Position numbers and translations under genes: made by a program
Shown: one piece after another, positions 1 to 10,881 of the stretch
Position numbering within the stretch: the stretch's first letter is position 1
How the letters are laid out: every line of letters starts with the position of its first letter
NCBI GenBank assembly: GCA_963708025.1
Contig: CAVPSB010000015.1
Coordinates: 64,001-128,000 of the forward strand
Reading direction: 5' to 3'
Length of the DNA: 64,000 nt
Source of the DNA: an uncultured Candidatus Rokubacteria bacterium
GTDB lineage: Bacteria > Methylomirabilota > Methylomirabilia > Rokubacteriales > DASRDR01
Notes under the pieces: generated by a model
Databases searched by the model: none
Seen by the model: the letters and a program-made list of their open reading frames with translations, nothing else
Told to the model about the DNA's origin: nothing

Positions 1-2
1 TG

Positions 3-815
3 CCGTCCCAGTACGAGACCGTCATCCTCGCCATCGACGTCTCCGGGAGCATGCGCGCCACCGACGTCACGCCGAACCGGCTGGTCGCGGCCCAGGCCGC
101 CGCGCGGACCTTCGTCGCCGAGCAGCCCCGCCGCACACGCATCGGCGTGGTGGCGTTCGCGGCCACGGCGTCGCTCGTGCAGCCGGCGACCCACAGCCGG
201 GAGGACATCCTCGCCGCCATCGATCGACTCCAGGTGCAGCGCGGCACCGCCGTGGGCAGCGCCATCCTGATCTCGCTCAAGACGATCTTCCCGGACGTCG
301 AGTTCGACCTCCGCTCGTCGAATCCCCGGCCCGACGCCGCGCGCCAGTCCGGACGCGGCGTCCCCCTCGGGTCGGGGAACGAGCCGGCGCGACCGGCCTT
401 CACGCCGGTTCCGCCCGGCTCCTACACGTCCGCCGTCATCATCCTGCTGACGGACGGCCGGACGACGACGGGCGCCGACCCCATCGAGGCGGCGCGCATG
501 GCCGCCGAGCGCGGGGTGCGCGTCTTCACGGTGGGGGTGGGCACGCCGGAGGGCGGGATCCTCGCCCAGGAAGGCTGGTCGATGCGCGTGCGCCTCGACG
601 AGGAAGCGCTCAAGACGATCGCGTCCACGACCCGCGGCGAGTACCATCACGCGGGCACCGCCACGGACCTGACGAAGGTCTACCAGGCCCTGACCTCCCG
701 GGTCGTCGCGGAGCGGAAGGAGACGGAGGTCACGGCGCTGTTCTCGGCAGCGGCGCTCGCCCTGGCGCTCGCCTCGGGGCTGCTGTCGGTCCTGTGGTTC
801 CACCGGATCCTGTAG
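3..815 (+). CDS. VWA-domain membrane protein (BatA/Ca-activated chloride channel-like), 5' truncated by window edge
   Basis: Frame is open from position 3 and reads VILAIDVSGSM (MIDAS DxSxS); later ILLTDG motif and a C-terminal TM helix. Confidence 0.85.
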   Translation, partial: PSQYETVILAIDVSGSMRATDVTPNRLVAAQAAARTFVAEQPRRTRIGVVAFAATASLVQPATHSREDILAAIDRLQVQRGTAVGSAILISLKTIFPDVEFDLRSSNPRPDAARQSGRGVPLGSGNEPARPAFTPVPPGSYTSAVIILLTDGRTTTGADPIEAARMAAERGVRVFTVGVGTPEGGILAQEGWSMRVRLDEEALKTIASTTRGEYHHAGTATDLTKVYQALTSRVVAERKETEVTALFSAAALALALASGLLSVLWFHRIL

Positions 816-886
816 ACAATGGTCACCGATCCCACCGGGGAGGGTTCCCAGATGCTCGCCGCCGCCCGACCGTCCGAGGCGAAGCC

Positions 887-1802
887 ATGGCCGTGACGAC
901 CCCGTGCTGGACTCAGGGGCGGCCCATCCCCGATGCGCTGGTGGGCGAGCTGCGGGACAGCTCGGCGGCCGCCGGGGACGGCCCCGAGCTCGGTCGCCGG
1001 CTCCGCGAGGACGGCTACCTCCTCCTGCGCGGCGTCCTGGATCCCCGCCTGGTGCTGGCCGCCCGCGCCGAGGTGCTCGGCCGCCTGGTGGCCGTGGACG
1101 AGATCCGGTCGCCGGCCCTCGACGGGATCGCTACCGGGAAGAGCCGGCGGGCGGAGATCGTCGGCGACCTGGGCGCGTTCTGGAAGTCGGTGAGCGAAGG
1201 GCCGGCCTTGCGACAGGTGACGCACGGCCCGGACCTCGCCACGTTGCTCGGCCGGGTGGCGGGTGAGCCGGTCGCGGGCGCACGACTACCTGTTCCTGCG
1301 GGCGGCGCCGGTCGGGCGCAGCACCGGGCTCCACTTCGACTACCCGTTCTTCACCCGCACCACCGAGCGGGTCTACACCACGTGGATCCCGTTCGGCGAC
1401 GTGCCGGTCACCGACGGGCCCCTCACGATCGTCGAGGGCTCGCACCGCTTCACCGATCTCCACGCCGAGCTCCGCGGCTTCGACGTCGTCTACGACACCT
1501 CCCGCAAGGCCCAGGTGGCCGCCGACTTCACGGCGTTCGCCGAGAGCCGGGGCTGCCGCCTGCTGACCACCGACTTCCGGGCGGGGGACGTGTGCGTCTT
1601 CGGGATGTTCACCCTCCACGGGTCGCTCGACAACCGCTCGGCGATCGACCGGGTGCGCCTGTCGTGCGACGTGCGCTACCAGCCGGCGGCCGACCCGATC
1701 GACCCGCGCTACTTCGGGCCCGACCCCCGGGGCACGACGGGCGCCGGGTACGGAGAGCTGAACGGCGCCAAGCCGCTGACCCAGCCCTGGCACGTCCGGT
1801 AG
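887..1802 (+). CDS. Phytanoyl-CoA dioxygenase (PhyH) family Fe(II)/2OG oxygenase, frameshifted near 1275
   Basis: N-half in ORF 794 frame (LREDGYLLLRGVL); C-half in ORF 1263 frame with HxD (LHFD), TTWIP and distal His (TLHGS). Confidence 0.8.
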
Positions 1803-1958
1803 GCTCGGCCTCGCGGCGGGCGCGGCGCCCCGCTCCGCGCCAGGGCCGGGGCCCCGAAGTCGCTCTCACTGGCTGTGAAGGAGTGCCGGCTGCCATTCCG
1901 ACCGTCCATTGGCTTCTCGCAACCGTCTGACTCTGGCCACGCGGTCGTGGCGGTCCAC

Positions 1959-2027
1959 TTCGAGCCGCGGCTTCGCCGCGGCCTCCGAGGGGGGGAATCG
2001 GGGGGGTCTTCCGAGACCCCCCCGAAG
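1959..2027. repeat. Double-hairpin palindromic repeat between convergent genes (possible terminator)
   Basis: GCCGCGGC-TTC-GCCGCGGC at 1964-1982 and TCGGGGGGGTC-TTCCGA-GACCCCCCCGA at 1998-2025. Confidence 0.65.
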
Positions 2028-2031
2028 ATCC

Positions 2032-3306
2032 TCACTGCATCAGCGAGGGCAGCCAGAGCACGAGCGCGGGCACGTAGGCCACCAGGAGCACGACAGCCAG
2101 CCAGGCCACCGAGTACGGTACCAGCATGCCGAAGCTCCGGCTGTACTCGATGCCGGCGATCCGGCAGGCCACCATCGCCAGGATGCCGACCGGCGGCGTG
2201 ACCGAGCCGTAGACCAGCATCATGATGGTAATGATCCCGAAGTGGACGGGGTGGAAGCCCAGGTGCTGGATGATCGGGGTCATCACGGGCACGATGATGA
2301 TGAGGGCCGGCACCGGCTCCAGGAACGTCCCCACCAGGAAGAAGAAGGCCAGGATGATGGGCATGGCCAGGGCCGGGCTGTCGGTGAGGGCGACCAGGGC
2401 CCGGAGCGCCATGGCCCCCACCCCGGCCCGGCTCAGGATCCAGCTGAACAGGGCGGCGCCACCCAGGGTGATCAGGGCCCCGGCGGTGACGGAGGCGGCG
2501 CTGGCGAAGTTCCGGTACAGCGAGGCGGCCGTGTGCCGGCGGGCGACCAGCCCGAACAGGATGGCGTAGAGCGCGGCCACCGCGCCGGCCTCGGTCGGCG
2601 TGAAGGCGCCGGACAGGATGCCGCCGATGATGATGAGGGGCATCAACAGGGCCGGCAGGGCCCGGGCCGCCGCGTGCCGCGCCTCGAGCAGGGTCGCCCG
2701 CGGCGTCGGCCGGCCCCCCGCCCGGGGCGCCAGGAACCAGGTGACGGCCATCATGGCCAGCCCGGCCAGCACGCCCGGGATCGCGCCACCCAGGAAGAGG
2801 GCGCCGATGGACACGCCGGTGACGGAGCCGTAGATCACCGCGATCACGCTCGGCGGGATGATGGGGGCCATCATCGCGGCGCAGGCGGTGACCGCGGCGG
2901 CGAACTCCGGGCGGTAGCCGTCGCGCTTCATGGCCGGGATCATCATCGAGCCGATGGCCGCCAGGTCGGCCAGGGCGGAGCCCGAGAGGGCGGCCATGAA
3001 CATGTTGGTCAGGACGTTGGCCTGGGCCAGCCCACCCCGGAGATGGCCGACCAGCGCGCGGGAGAGGCCGACCAGGCGCTCGGTGATGCCGCCGACGTTC
3101 ATGAGCTCCCCGGCCAGGACGAAGAGCGGCACGGCCAGCAGCGGGAAGCTGTCCAGCGCATCGTAGAAGCGCTGGGCCAGGAGGAGGAGGGGAATGTCCC
3201 CCTCCAGCGCCAGGGCCAGCACCGCGGCAAGGCCCATGGCGTGGGAGATCGGCATCCCGATCGTCAGGCAGACCGTCAGGAGCGCGAGCAGGATCCCGAC
3301 GATCAC
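2032..3306 (-). CDS. dctM: TRAP transporter large permease DctM
   Basis: Hydrophobic 424 aa with SFPLLAVPLFVLAGELM, LSGSALAD, PIIPPS, TPTEAGA, TPPVG; GTG start overlaps dctQ stop (GTGA). Confidence 0.92.
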   Translation of the reverse strand: MIVGILLALLTVCLTIGMPISHAMGLAAVLALALEGDIPLLLLAQRFYDALDSFPLLAVPLFVLAGELMNVGGITERLVGLSRALVGHLRGGLAQANVLTNMFMAALSGSALADLAAIGSMMIPAMKRDGYRPEFAAAVTACAAMMAPIIPPSVIAVIYGSVTGVSIGALFLGGAIPGVLAGLAMMAVTWFLAPRAGGRPTPRATLLEARHAAARALPALLMPLIIIGGILSGAFTPTEAGAVAALYAILFGLVARRHTAASLYRNFASAASVTAGALITLGGAALFSWILSRAGVGAMALRALVALTDSPALAMPIILAFFFLVGTFLEPVPALIIIVPVMTPIIQHLGFHPVHFGIITIMMLVYGSVTPPVGILAMVACRIAGIEYSRSFGMLVPYSVAWLAVVLLVAYVPALVLWLPSLMQ

Positions 3307-3785
3307 ACCACGGCCTCGGGCGTCCCCGGACCCGGCGGCGCGCCTCGGCGGGCCAGCATGCAGACCGCCTCCAGCACCGCGCCCACCGGCACGGCGGCGT
3401 AGACCGCCCAGACCGGCACCTCGAGGACCGGCGAGCGCTGGGTCAGCGTCCGGAAGGTGAACTGGACGCCCGTCCCGGCCAGGATCACGCAGAAGGCGAA
3501 GGTCAGGAACTCGGCCAGGCGCGCCACGACCGTCCGGGCGGGCGGCGGGAGGACGGCGTCCAGGGCGTCGATGCGGATGTGCTCGCCCCGGTAGGCGACC
3601 ACGGCCGACCCCAGCATGACGCTCCACACCAGGGCGAACCGCACCACCTCCTCGGACCAGAAGAGCGAGCGGTTCAGCACGTAGCGGAAGAAGACCTGGA
3701 GGACGACGAGGACGAAGTACACGACGAGGAGCGCGACGGTGACCGCCTCCAGGCCGCGGTGGAGGCGGTCACCCAGCCCGGGCAT
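3303..3785 (-). CDS. dctQ: TRAP transporter small permease DctQ
   Basis: QVFFRYVLN, WSEEVVRF and HIRID motifs; about 4 TM helices; lies between dctP and dctM. Confidence 0.92.
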   Translation of the reverse strand: MPGLGDRLHRGLEAVTVALLVVYFVLVVLQVFFRYVLNRSLFWSEEVVRFALVWSVMLGSAVVAYRGEHIRIDALDAVLPPPARTVVARLAEFLTFAFCVILAGTGVQFTFRTLTQRSPVLEVPVWAVYAAVPVGAVLEAVCMLARRGAPPGPGTPEAVV

Positions 3786-3791
3786 CGGCGG

Positions 3792-4802
3792 CTACTTGAC
3801 GGCCCGGACGGCGTCGATGTACTCGCGCCCCTTGGGCCCGACCTTGGCCACGAAGGCGTCGATCACCGGGCCCATCTTGGCCTGGAACGACGCGATGTCC
3901 GGATTGGCGTTGGCCTGCATCTTCTGGGTCAGGGTCTGCCAGGCGGCCTCCTGGGCCTTCATGTTCTCGGTCTTGTACCAGCCCTGGACGACCTCGACGG
4001 CGGCGTCCCGCACGGCCTTCTGGTGCTCGGCGGACAGGGCCGAGAGCCGCTTGGCGCTGGCCATGAGGGAGACCTCGGTCATGATGTGGTACGTGCGGGT
4101 CACGTGGCGGGCGACCTCGAAGAGCTTGGTGGACTCGACGAAGTCGGCCGGGGCTTCCATGCCGTTGACCACCCCCGTCTGGAGGGCGGTGTAGATCTCC
4201 CCGGCCGGGATCGGCGTGGGGTTCGTCCCCAGCGCCCGGGCCATCTCGACGTAGACGGGGATCTCCGGAACCCGGAGCTTGATCCCCTGCACGTCGGCGG
4301 CCGACCGGACCGGGCGCTTGGTCACGAACACCCGGAAGCCCGAGACGGCCAGCGACAGGATCTCGACGCCCAGGCGCTCGCGGACCTCCCGGCGCACCTG
4401 CTCGCCCACGGGCCCGTACAGCACGCGGTAGGCGTGCTCGAAGTCGGTGAACAGGAACGGCATGGCCGTGAACCCCAGCGGCGGGTACCAGTTGCCGAGG
4501 CTGCCGAGGTCGGTCCAGGCCAGGTCGAGGGTGCCGAGCTGGAGGGCCTCCGCCGAGGTGCGGAGGTTGAAGAGCTGCGAGGCCGGCCGGATCTCCACCA
4601 CCACCTGGCCACCGGTCTTGTCCTGGACCGCGCGAGCGAACCGCTCGGCCGCCGCGTGGAGGATGTGGGTGGTCGGCACGTGGTGGGAGAAGATGAGCTT
4701 GGACTGAGCCTCCGCCGCCCTCGGGCCGGGGATTCCCAGCAGGGCGAGCCCGAGCGCCACCGCCACGCCGACGCCTCGCGAACAGGACCGCCATCGCATC
4801 AT
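3792..4802 (-). CDS. dctP: TRAP substrate-binding protein DctP
   Basis: Signal peptide; GIKLRVP, EIYTALQTGVVNGME motifs; RBS AGGAGG. Confidence 0.92.
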   Translation of the reverse strand: MMRWRSCSRGVGVAVALGLALLGIPGPRAAEAQSKLIFSHHVPTTHILHAAAERFARAVQDKTGGQVVVEIRPASQLFNLRTSAEALQLGTLDLAWTDLGSLGNWYPPLGFTAMPFLFTDFEHAYRVLYGPVGEQVRREVRERLGVEILSLAVSGFRVFVTKRPVRSAADVQGIKLRVPEIPVYVEMARALGTNPTPIPAGEIYTALQTGVVNGMEAPADFVESTKLFEVARHVTRTYHIMTEVSLMASAKRLSALSAEHQKAVRDAAVEVVQGWYKTENMKAQEAAWQTLTQKMQANANPDIASFQAKMGPVIDAFVAKVGPKGREYIDAVRAVK

Positions 4803-4886
4803 CGGACGTCCTCCTTGTCTGGACCGCTCGTCGCTCCCGGTGCCGGGTGCCCCGATCGTGCACCGCGGGGTTTCCGCGCCTCCGGG

Positions 4887-4956
4887 ATTCTACCCGATTG
4901 CCAGGCCGCTCGATACTCGGAAGCTCCTAGAAGCTCCCAGAAGCTCCCAGAAGCTC
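4887..4956 (-). promoter_or_regulatory. Putative dctPQM promoter (-10 TAGAAT) with four 10-bp-phased direct repeats upstream
   Basis: TAGAAT on minus strand at 4892-4887; GAAGCTC repeated at 4920, 4930, 4940, 4950. Confidence 0.5.
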
Positions 4957-4966
4957 GAGGTTCGAG

Positions 4967-6064
4967 CTAGGCGGCGGTGTCCGCGGCCAGCGCCGAGCGC
5001 AGGTCGGCGGCGATCGCCGCCCGCGCCGGGCGCACGTGCCCGGAGCCGTAGTGCTCGGCGAGGCCCTGACAGAGCAGGGGCAGGGCGATCGTCAAGTCGG
5101 TGAACACCATGACGTTGCGGCCGTCCGCGGCCTCCTTGCCCCACGAGATACACTCGGTGTGGACGCCCGCGCCGCCCAGCCCGCCGAACACCGTGTTGTC
5201 GGTGGTGATCTGAATGGCCGCCGCGTGGGGACTCGCCTCGCCGCTTCCACGCTGTGCGGCCACGCTGGTCGCGGTGATCTGGATGAAGTCTTTCGGGACG
5301 CCGCCACCCACGAAGATGGCGGCCGTGCCCGGGCCCGGGGGCATGTAGCGGCCCATGATCCCCAGCGCGATCTCGTAGTCCCGGAAGAAGTCCACCGTGG
5401 GCCCCTTGCGGGCCGCCGTCCGGTACCCCTCCGCCAGCGGTCCGTCGGGTGCGGCCGGCACGAAGAGCGGCACGCCGTGCCGGAAGCAGGTGGCGGCCAG
5501 GGAGGCCCGGAGCCCCTCGGCGTCGAGCCAGCGCCCGAGCTCGTGCACGAAGCGGACGCCGGCGATGGCGGAGCCCGGCCAGGACTGCGCCAGGTGCTCG
5601 AAGAAGCCGCGGGTGAAGTCTTCCATGCGGTCGTACTCGCGGGCGCTCACCACGTGGTCGTAGAAGCGGTAGAAGCCGCGCGTCCAGAGCTCCCGGTCAT
5701 CGACGTGGTCGGGATCGACCTGGTAGAAGGGGGCGCCCCGCTCCTCCAGGATGTCCTCGGTGGCGTTGGCCGAGGTGGAGACCAGCAGGTCCACGTAGCC
5801 CCGCTCGACCAGCCAGGTGACGAGCGGGCCGAGGCCGGCGCTGGCCATCGAGCCCGCCAGCCCCATCGCGATCAGGCAGCCGTGGTCGATCATCCAGGTC
5901 CAGGTCTCGAAGGCCTCGCCGAGCTTGCGCGCCTGGAACGCCGACCGCCCCATGCGGGCGAGCAGGCGGCTCACGGATCCACCCGGCGCGCCGCGATCCG
6001 CGCCGTCCCCTTCGACGCGCATCGGCGCCCGGACCGGCCACGCCGGCACCTCGGGATCGATCAT
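4967..6064 (-). CDS. Deoxyhypusine synthase-like protein (DHS / homospermidine synthase type)
   Basis: AFQARKLGEA, VSTSAN, FVGGGVPKDFIQ, IQITTD, GGLGG..ECISWGK (active-site Lys); strong RBS AGGAGGAGG before ATG 6064. Confidence 0.85.
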   Translation of the reverse strand: MIDPEVPAWPVRAPMRVEGDGADRGAPGGSVSRLLARMGRSAFQARKLGEAFETWTWMIDHGCLIAMGLAGSMASAGLGPLVTWLVERGYVDLLVSTSANATEDILEERGAPFYQVDPDHVDDRELWTRGFYRFYDHVVSAREYDRMEDFTRGFFEHLAQSWPGSAIAGVRFVHELGRWLDAEGLRASLAATCFRHGVPLFVPAAPDGPLAEGYRTAARKGPTVDFFRDYEIALGIMGRYMPPGPGTAAIFVGGGVPKDFIQITATSVAAQRGSGEASPHAAAIQITTDNTVFGGLGGAGVHTECISWGKEAADGRNVMVFTDLTIALPLLCQGLAEHYGSGHVRPARAAIAADLRSALAADTAA

Positions 6065-6101
6065 GGGCGACCTCCTCCTGCGTTTTCGGTAGACTTCCAT
6101 C

Positions 6102-6956
6102 GTGCTGGACGCCACCGCCCGGTTCTTCGACGCGATGGCCGCATCCTACGACGATCTCGAGCCGTGGTATCGCCACCTCTACGCGCGCCTGCACCGGCTC
6201 CTCCGCGCCACGCTCGGGCCCGCGCCGGCCGGCGCCCGGGCGCTGGACGCCGGGTGCGGCACCGGATTCCAGACGGCCATTGTCGCCGAGCTCGGGTACC
6301 GCGCGCACGGCCTCGACGTGTCGGCCGGGGTCCTGGCGTTGGCGCGGGCCCGCCTGCCCGCCGTGGGGCTGGTCCGGGGCGACCTGCGCGGGCTCCCGTA
6401 CCGCGATGCGACGTTCGACGCCGTCGTCTGCGCCGGGAGCACGCTCGACTTCGTGGACGATCCCGCCTCGGCGATCGCGGAGCTGGCCCGCGTGATGCGC
6501 CCCGGGGCGATCCTCTTCCTGGAGGTCGAGCGGCGCTTCTGTCTGGACCTGGGCTGGACGCTCCTGAGCAGCGTGACCGGCGACCTGCTCGCGTACGGCC
6601 TCCGGCCGGCGCAGGCCTGGGCGCTCCTGGCCCGCTCACCCCGGGAGGGGGTGTGGCTCGACTATCCCGGCTACCCCCGGCTCCGGCTCTTCACCGATCC
6701 CGAGCTCCGGGGCATGCTCGGCCGCGCCGGGCTCCGCGTGGAGCGCGCCTGGGGCATTCACGCGGTCACCAATCTCCTGCCGTCCACCGTGCTCCACCGG
6801 CCGCGCGTGCCCGCCGGGCTGCGCCCGCTGTACCGGGTGCTCTGCGCGGTGGACGCCGCCGTCGGCGGCTGGCGAGCCGCCCGGGCGCTCGCACCCCACG
6901 CCGTCGTGCTCGCGCGCAAGGGCGCGCCGAATGGCGCGCCCGATGGTACTGTGTGA
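6102..6956 (+). CDS. Class I SAM-dependent methyltransferase
   Basis: ALDAGCGTG motif I, GLDVS, LPYRDATFDAV, RVMRPGA. Confidence 0.85.
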   Translation: MLDATARFFDAMAASYDDLEPWYRHLYARLHRLLRATLGPAPAGARALDAGCGTGFQTAIVAELGYRAHGLDVSAGVLALARARLPAVGLVRGDLRGLPYRDATFDAVVCAGSTLDFVDDPASAIAELARVMRPGAILFLEVERRFCLDLGWTLLSSVTGDLLAYGLRPAQAWALLARSPREGVWLDYPGYPRLRLFTDPELRGMLGRAGLRVERAWGIHAVTNLLPSTVLHRPRVPAGLRPLYRVLCAVDAAVGGWRAARALAPHAVVLARKGAPNGAPDGTV

Positions 6957-7002
6957 CTGTCCCAGGGTCCGTGCTGCTTCTCGCGAACACGAGGATGCCG
7001 AC

Positions 7003-8433
7003 ATGAGTGAATTGCAAGACAGATCCGAGCCGGAAGACTTCGCGACGCTGTTCGCCCGCGAAGGCGCGCGGCGGTCGCTCGAGGTGGGGCAGGTCGTGAC
7101 CGGGCGGATTCTCCAGATCGACGAGGAGACCGTCTTCGTCGACGTCGGCGGCAAGGGCGAGGCGCTGATCGACCGCGCCGAGCTGCAAGACGCGCAGGGC
7201 AACGTCACGGTGGTGGTGGGCGACAGCATCGAAGCCACCGTCATCCGCACGGGGGACGCGGTCCGCCTCTCCTACCGCCTGCTGCAGGGCGCCCAGGCCC
7301 GGGAGGGGCTCGCCGTCGCCGCCGAGACCGGCCTGCCCGTCGAGGGCAAGGTGGCCGCCGTCGTCAAGGGCGGCTACGAGGTGACGGTGGCGGGGCTGCG
7401 CGCGTTCTGCCCCTTCTCGCTGATGGACCTGCGCCGGGTTGACGACGCCGAGGCGCTGGTCGGGCGGGTCCTCGAGTTCCGCATCGCCCGCTACGACGAG
7501 CGCGGTCGCAACATCGTGCTCTCCCGCCGCGCGCTGCTGGAGGAGCGGGCCGCCCGGGCGGCCGTGGAGACGTGGAAGAAGCTGGTCGCGGGCGCAGTGC
7601 TCCCCGGCACGGTGACGTCGCTCGCCGACTTCGGCGCCTTCGTGGACCTCGGCGGCGTGCAGGGTCTGGTGCCGGTCTCCGAGATCTCGCACTCGCGCGT
7701 CGGCCGGCCGGCCGATCGCCTCCGTGTAGGCGACGCCGTCACCGTGAAGGTGCTGACCGTCGACCAGGCCAGGAGCCGGGTGTCGCTCAGCCTGAAGGCG
7801 CTCGACGCCGACCCGTGGGCAGCCGTGCCCGGGCAGCTGCGCGAGCGTCAGGTCGTGCGCGGACGCGTGGCCCGGATGACCGACTTCGGGGTCTTCGTCG
7901 AGCTCCTGGCCGGCGTCGATGGCCTCCTGCACCTGAGCGAGATCCCGCGCAGCCGCCACGGCGAGATGAAGCGGGCCGCCGAGACCGGCGCCGAGCTCGT
8001 CGTGCTGGTGACCAGCATCGACCTCGACCGGCATCGCGTCGGCCTCGCGCTGGCGCCGGACGGCGCCACCGCCGGCGAGCAGGTGGAGTCGAAGATCGCT
8101 GTCGGCGCGGTCGTCACCGGCACCGTCGAGCGCATCGAGTCGTTCGGCGTCTTCGTCCGCCTCGGCCCGGGGCAGGTCGGCCTCGTCCCAAACGCCGAGA
8201 TGGCGACCTCCAGCGGCGCCGATCACCGGAAGGAGTTCCCACCCGGCACCGAGGTCAAGGTGGCGGTGCTCGCGATCGAGGACGGCGGCAAGCGCATCCG
8301 CCTCTCGCGCGCCCAGGCGCTGCGGATGGAGGAGAACGCCGAGACCCGGGCCTACCTGCAGGACACCGCCCGCAAGGCCACGGGCTTCGGGATGACGCTC
8401 GGCGAGGCCCTGCGCCGGAGCCAGCGGAAGTAG
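7003..8433 (+). CDS. 30S ribosomal protein S1-like protein (five S1 domains)
   Basis: Repeated S1 motifs (FVDVGGKGEA, DFGAFVDLGGVQGLVPVSEIS, DFGVFVEL..VDGLLHLSEI, SFGVFVRL). Confidence 0.85.
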   Translation: MSELQDRSEPEDFATLFAREGARRSLEVGQVVTGRILQIDEETVFVDVGGKGEALIDRAELQDAQGNVTVVVGDSIEATVIRTGDAVRLSYRLLQGAQAREGLAVAAETGLPVEGKVAAVVKGGYEVTVAGLRAFCPFSLMDLRRVDDAEALVGRVLEFRIARYDERGRNIVLSRRALLEERAARAAVETWKKLVAGAVLPGTVTSLADFGAFVDLGGVQGLVPVSEISHSRVGRPADRLRVGDAVTVKVLTVDQARSRVSLSLKALDADPWAAVPGQLRERQVVRGRVARMTDFGVFVELLAGVDGLLHLSEIPRSRHGEMKRAAETGAELVVLVTSIDLDRHRVGLALAPDGATAGEQVESKIAVGAVVTGTVERIESFGVFVRLGPGQVGLVPNAEMATSSGADHRKEFPPGTEVKVAVLAIEDGGKRIRLSRAQALRMEENAETRAYLQDTARKATGFGMTLGEALRRSQRK

Positions 8434-8480
8434 CCCGCCGGCTGGTCACCCGAAGTCTTCAGGCGGTCTGCTCTCATTTT

Positions 8481-8515
8481 CCCTCTCCCCCTCTGGGGGA
8501 GAGGGTCAGGGTGAG
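8481..8515. repeat. REP-like palindrome, left part of the IS110 target site
   Basis: CCCTCTCCCC-CTCTG-GGGGAGAGGG followed by TCAGGGTGAG; interrupted exactly at AG 8514-8515. Confidence 0.85.
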
Positions 8516-8530
8516 CAACTGTCTCCGTTG

Positions 8531-9700
<1,170 letters not shown>

Positions 9701-9705
9701 TCACA

Positions 9706-9746
9706 CCCTCACCCCAACCCTCTCCCTGGAAGGGAGAGGGAGCGGA
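9706..9746. repeat. Second REP-like palindrome (inverted partner of 8481-8515)
   Basis: CCCTCACCCCAACCCTCTCCC-TGGAA-GGGAGAGGGAGCGGA; near-identical copy at 27711-27751. Confidence 0.85.
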
Positions 9747-9835
9747 ATAGGAGCGCCGACTCCTCTCGCACCACGAGCAGCCGGCCATGAGTTGACGGGC
9801 CAGCGGAAAGGTGGTCTGCTGCTGGACGGCCTCAC

Positions 9836-10798
9836 ATGAACCCCACTGCGACGCCGGCCGCCCGGCTCGACCTGCCCTTCCGCGGCATCGCCTTCATCCT
9901 GGTCGGGGCGTCGGTGTTCCCGCTGCAGGACGTGGTGATCAAGAAGCTGAGCGACCACTACCCCGTCCTCCAGATCGTCTTCATCCGCGGCCTGGTGTCA
10001 GTGTGGGCGCTGGCCTTGCTGGCATGGTGGGAGCGAGGGCTGGCCGGACTCTCGACGAAGCGGCCGGGCCTCCACGCCCTGCGTGGATCGCTCGGCGTGG
10101 TGTCCTTCACCGCGTACTACATGGCGATCGCCGCGCTCCCCCTCGCGGAGGTGGTGGCCGTGAGCTTCGTGAGCCCGCTGTTCGTCACGGCGCTCTCGGC
10201 GCTGGCGCTGGGCGAGCCGGTCGGCGCCCGGCGTTGGAGCGCGGTCCTGGTCGGCTTTGCCGGTGTGCTCGTGGTGTTGCGACCGGGCACCGCCGTGTTC
10301 GAGCCCGCGGCCCTCCTCGTCGTGGTGTCGGCGCTGTTCTACGCGGTGTCGCAGACGATCACGCGCCACCTGGGTCGCACCGATTCCGGCGCCACCATCG
10401 CCCTGACCTCGACCCTCCTCTCGCTGCCGGTGGCAGCGGTGGGCGGGCTGGTTGCCGGGCGCCACGCCACGGACGGCGCGCTGCATCCCAGCCTCGCCTT
10501 CCTGGTGCGGGGCTGGGTGCGGCCCGGGTGGGGCGAGCTGGCGCTCTTGGCGCTGTGTGGTGTCATCGCGGGGGTCGGGGCCTACTCGCTGGCCCAGGCG
10601 TACCGGGCGGCGCCGGCGAGCACCGTGGCGCCCTTCGAGTACGTGATGATCCTCTGGGCCGTGCTCTGGGGCTACGTATTCTGGGGCGACGTGCCGGGAG
10701 GCGCCACCGTGCTCGGCGTGGCGATGACCGTGGGCGCGGGTCTCTGGGTGGTGCATCACCAGGCAGGGCTCGAGCGCGAGCGCCGACGCCGTGCCTGA
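9836..10798 (+). CDS. DMT/EamA family transporter
   Basis: About 10 TM helices; LPLAEVVAVSFVSPLF, ALGEPVG, AYRAAPASTVAPFEY. Confidence 0.9.
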   Translation: MNPTATPAARLDLPFRGIAFILVGASVFPLQDVVIKKLSDHYPVLQIVFIRGLVSVWALALLAWWERGLAGLSTKRPGLHALRGSLGVVSFTAYYMAIAALPLAEVVAVSFVSPLFVTALSALALGEPVGARRWSAVLVGFAGVLVVLRPGTAVFEPAALLVVVSALFYAVSQTITRHLGRTDSGATIALTSTLLSLPVAAVGGLVAGRHATDGALHPSLAFLVRGWVRPGWGELALLALCGVIAGVGAYSLAQAYRAAPASTVAPFEYVMILWAVLWGYVFWGDVPGGATVLGVAMTVGAGLWVVHHQAGLERERRRRA

Positions 10799-10881
10799 GA
10801 ATCGTGTCCCGGTCGAGCGGCTGGTCGATCAGGCTGGCGCCGCGCTCGGTTGACGCCAACCGACGCCGGGCGCTCGCGCGG

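Noticed and set aside
4920-4960. Tandem repeat as a CRISPR array
   Set aside because: 10-bp units without spacers and no cas genes in the window
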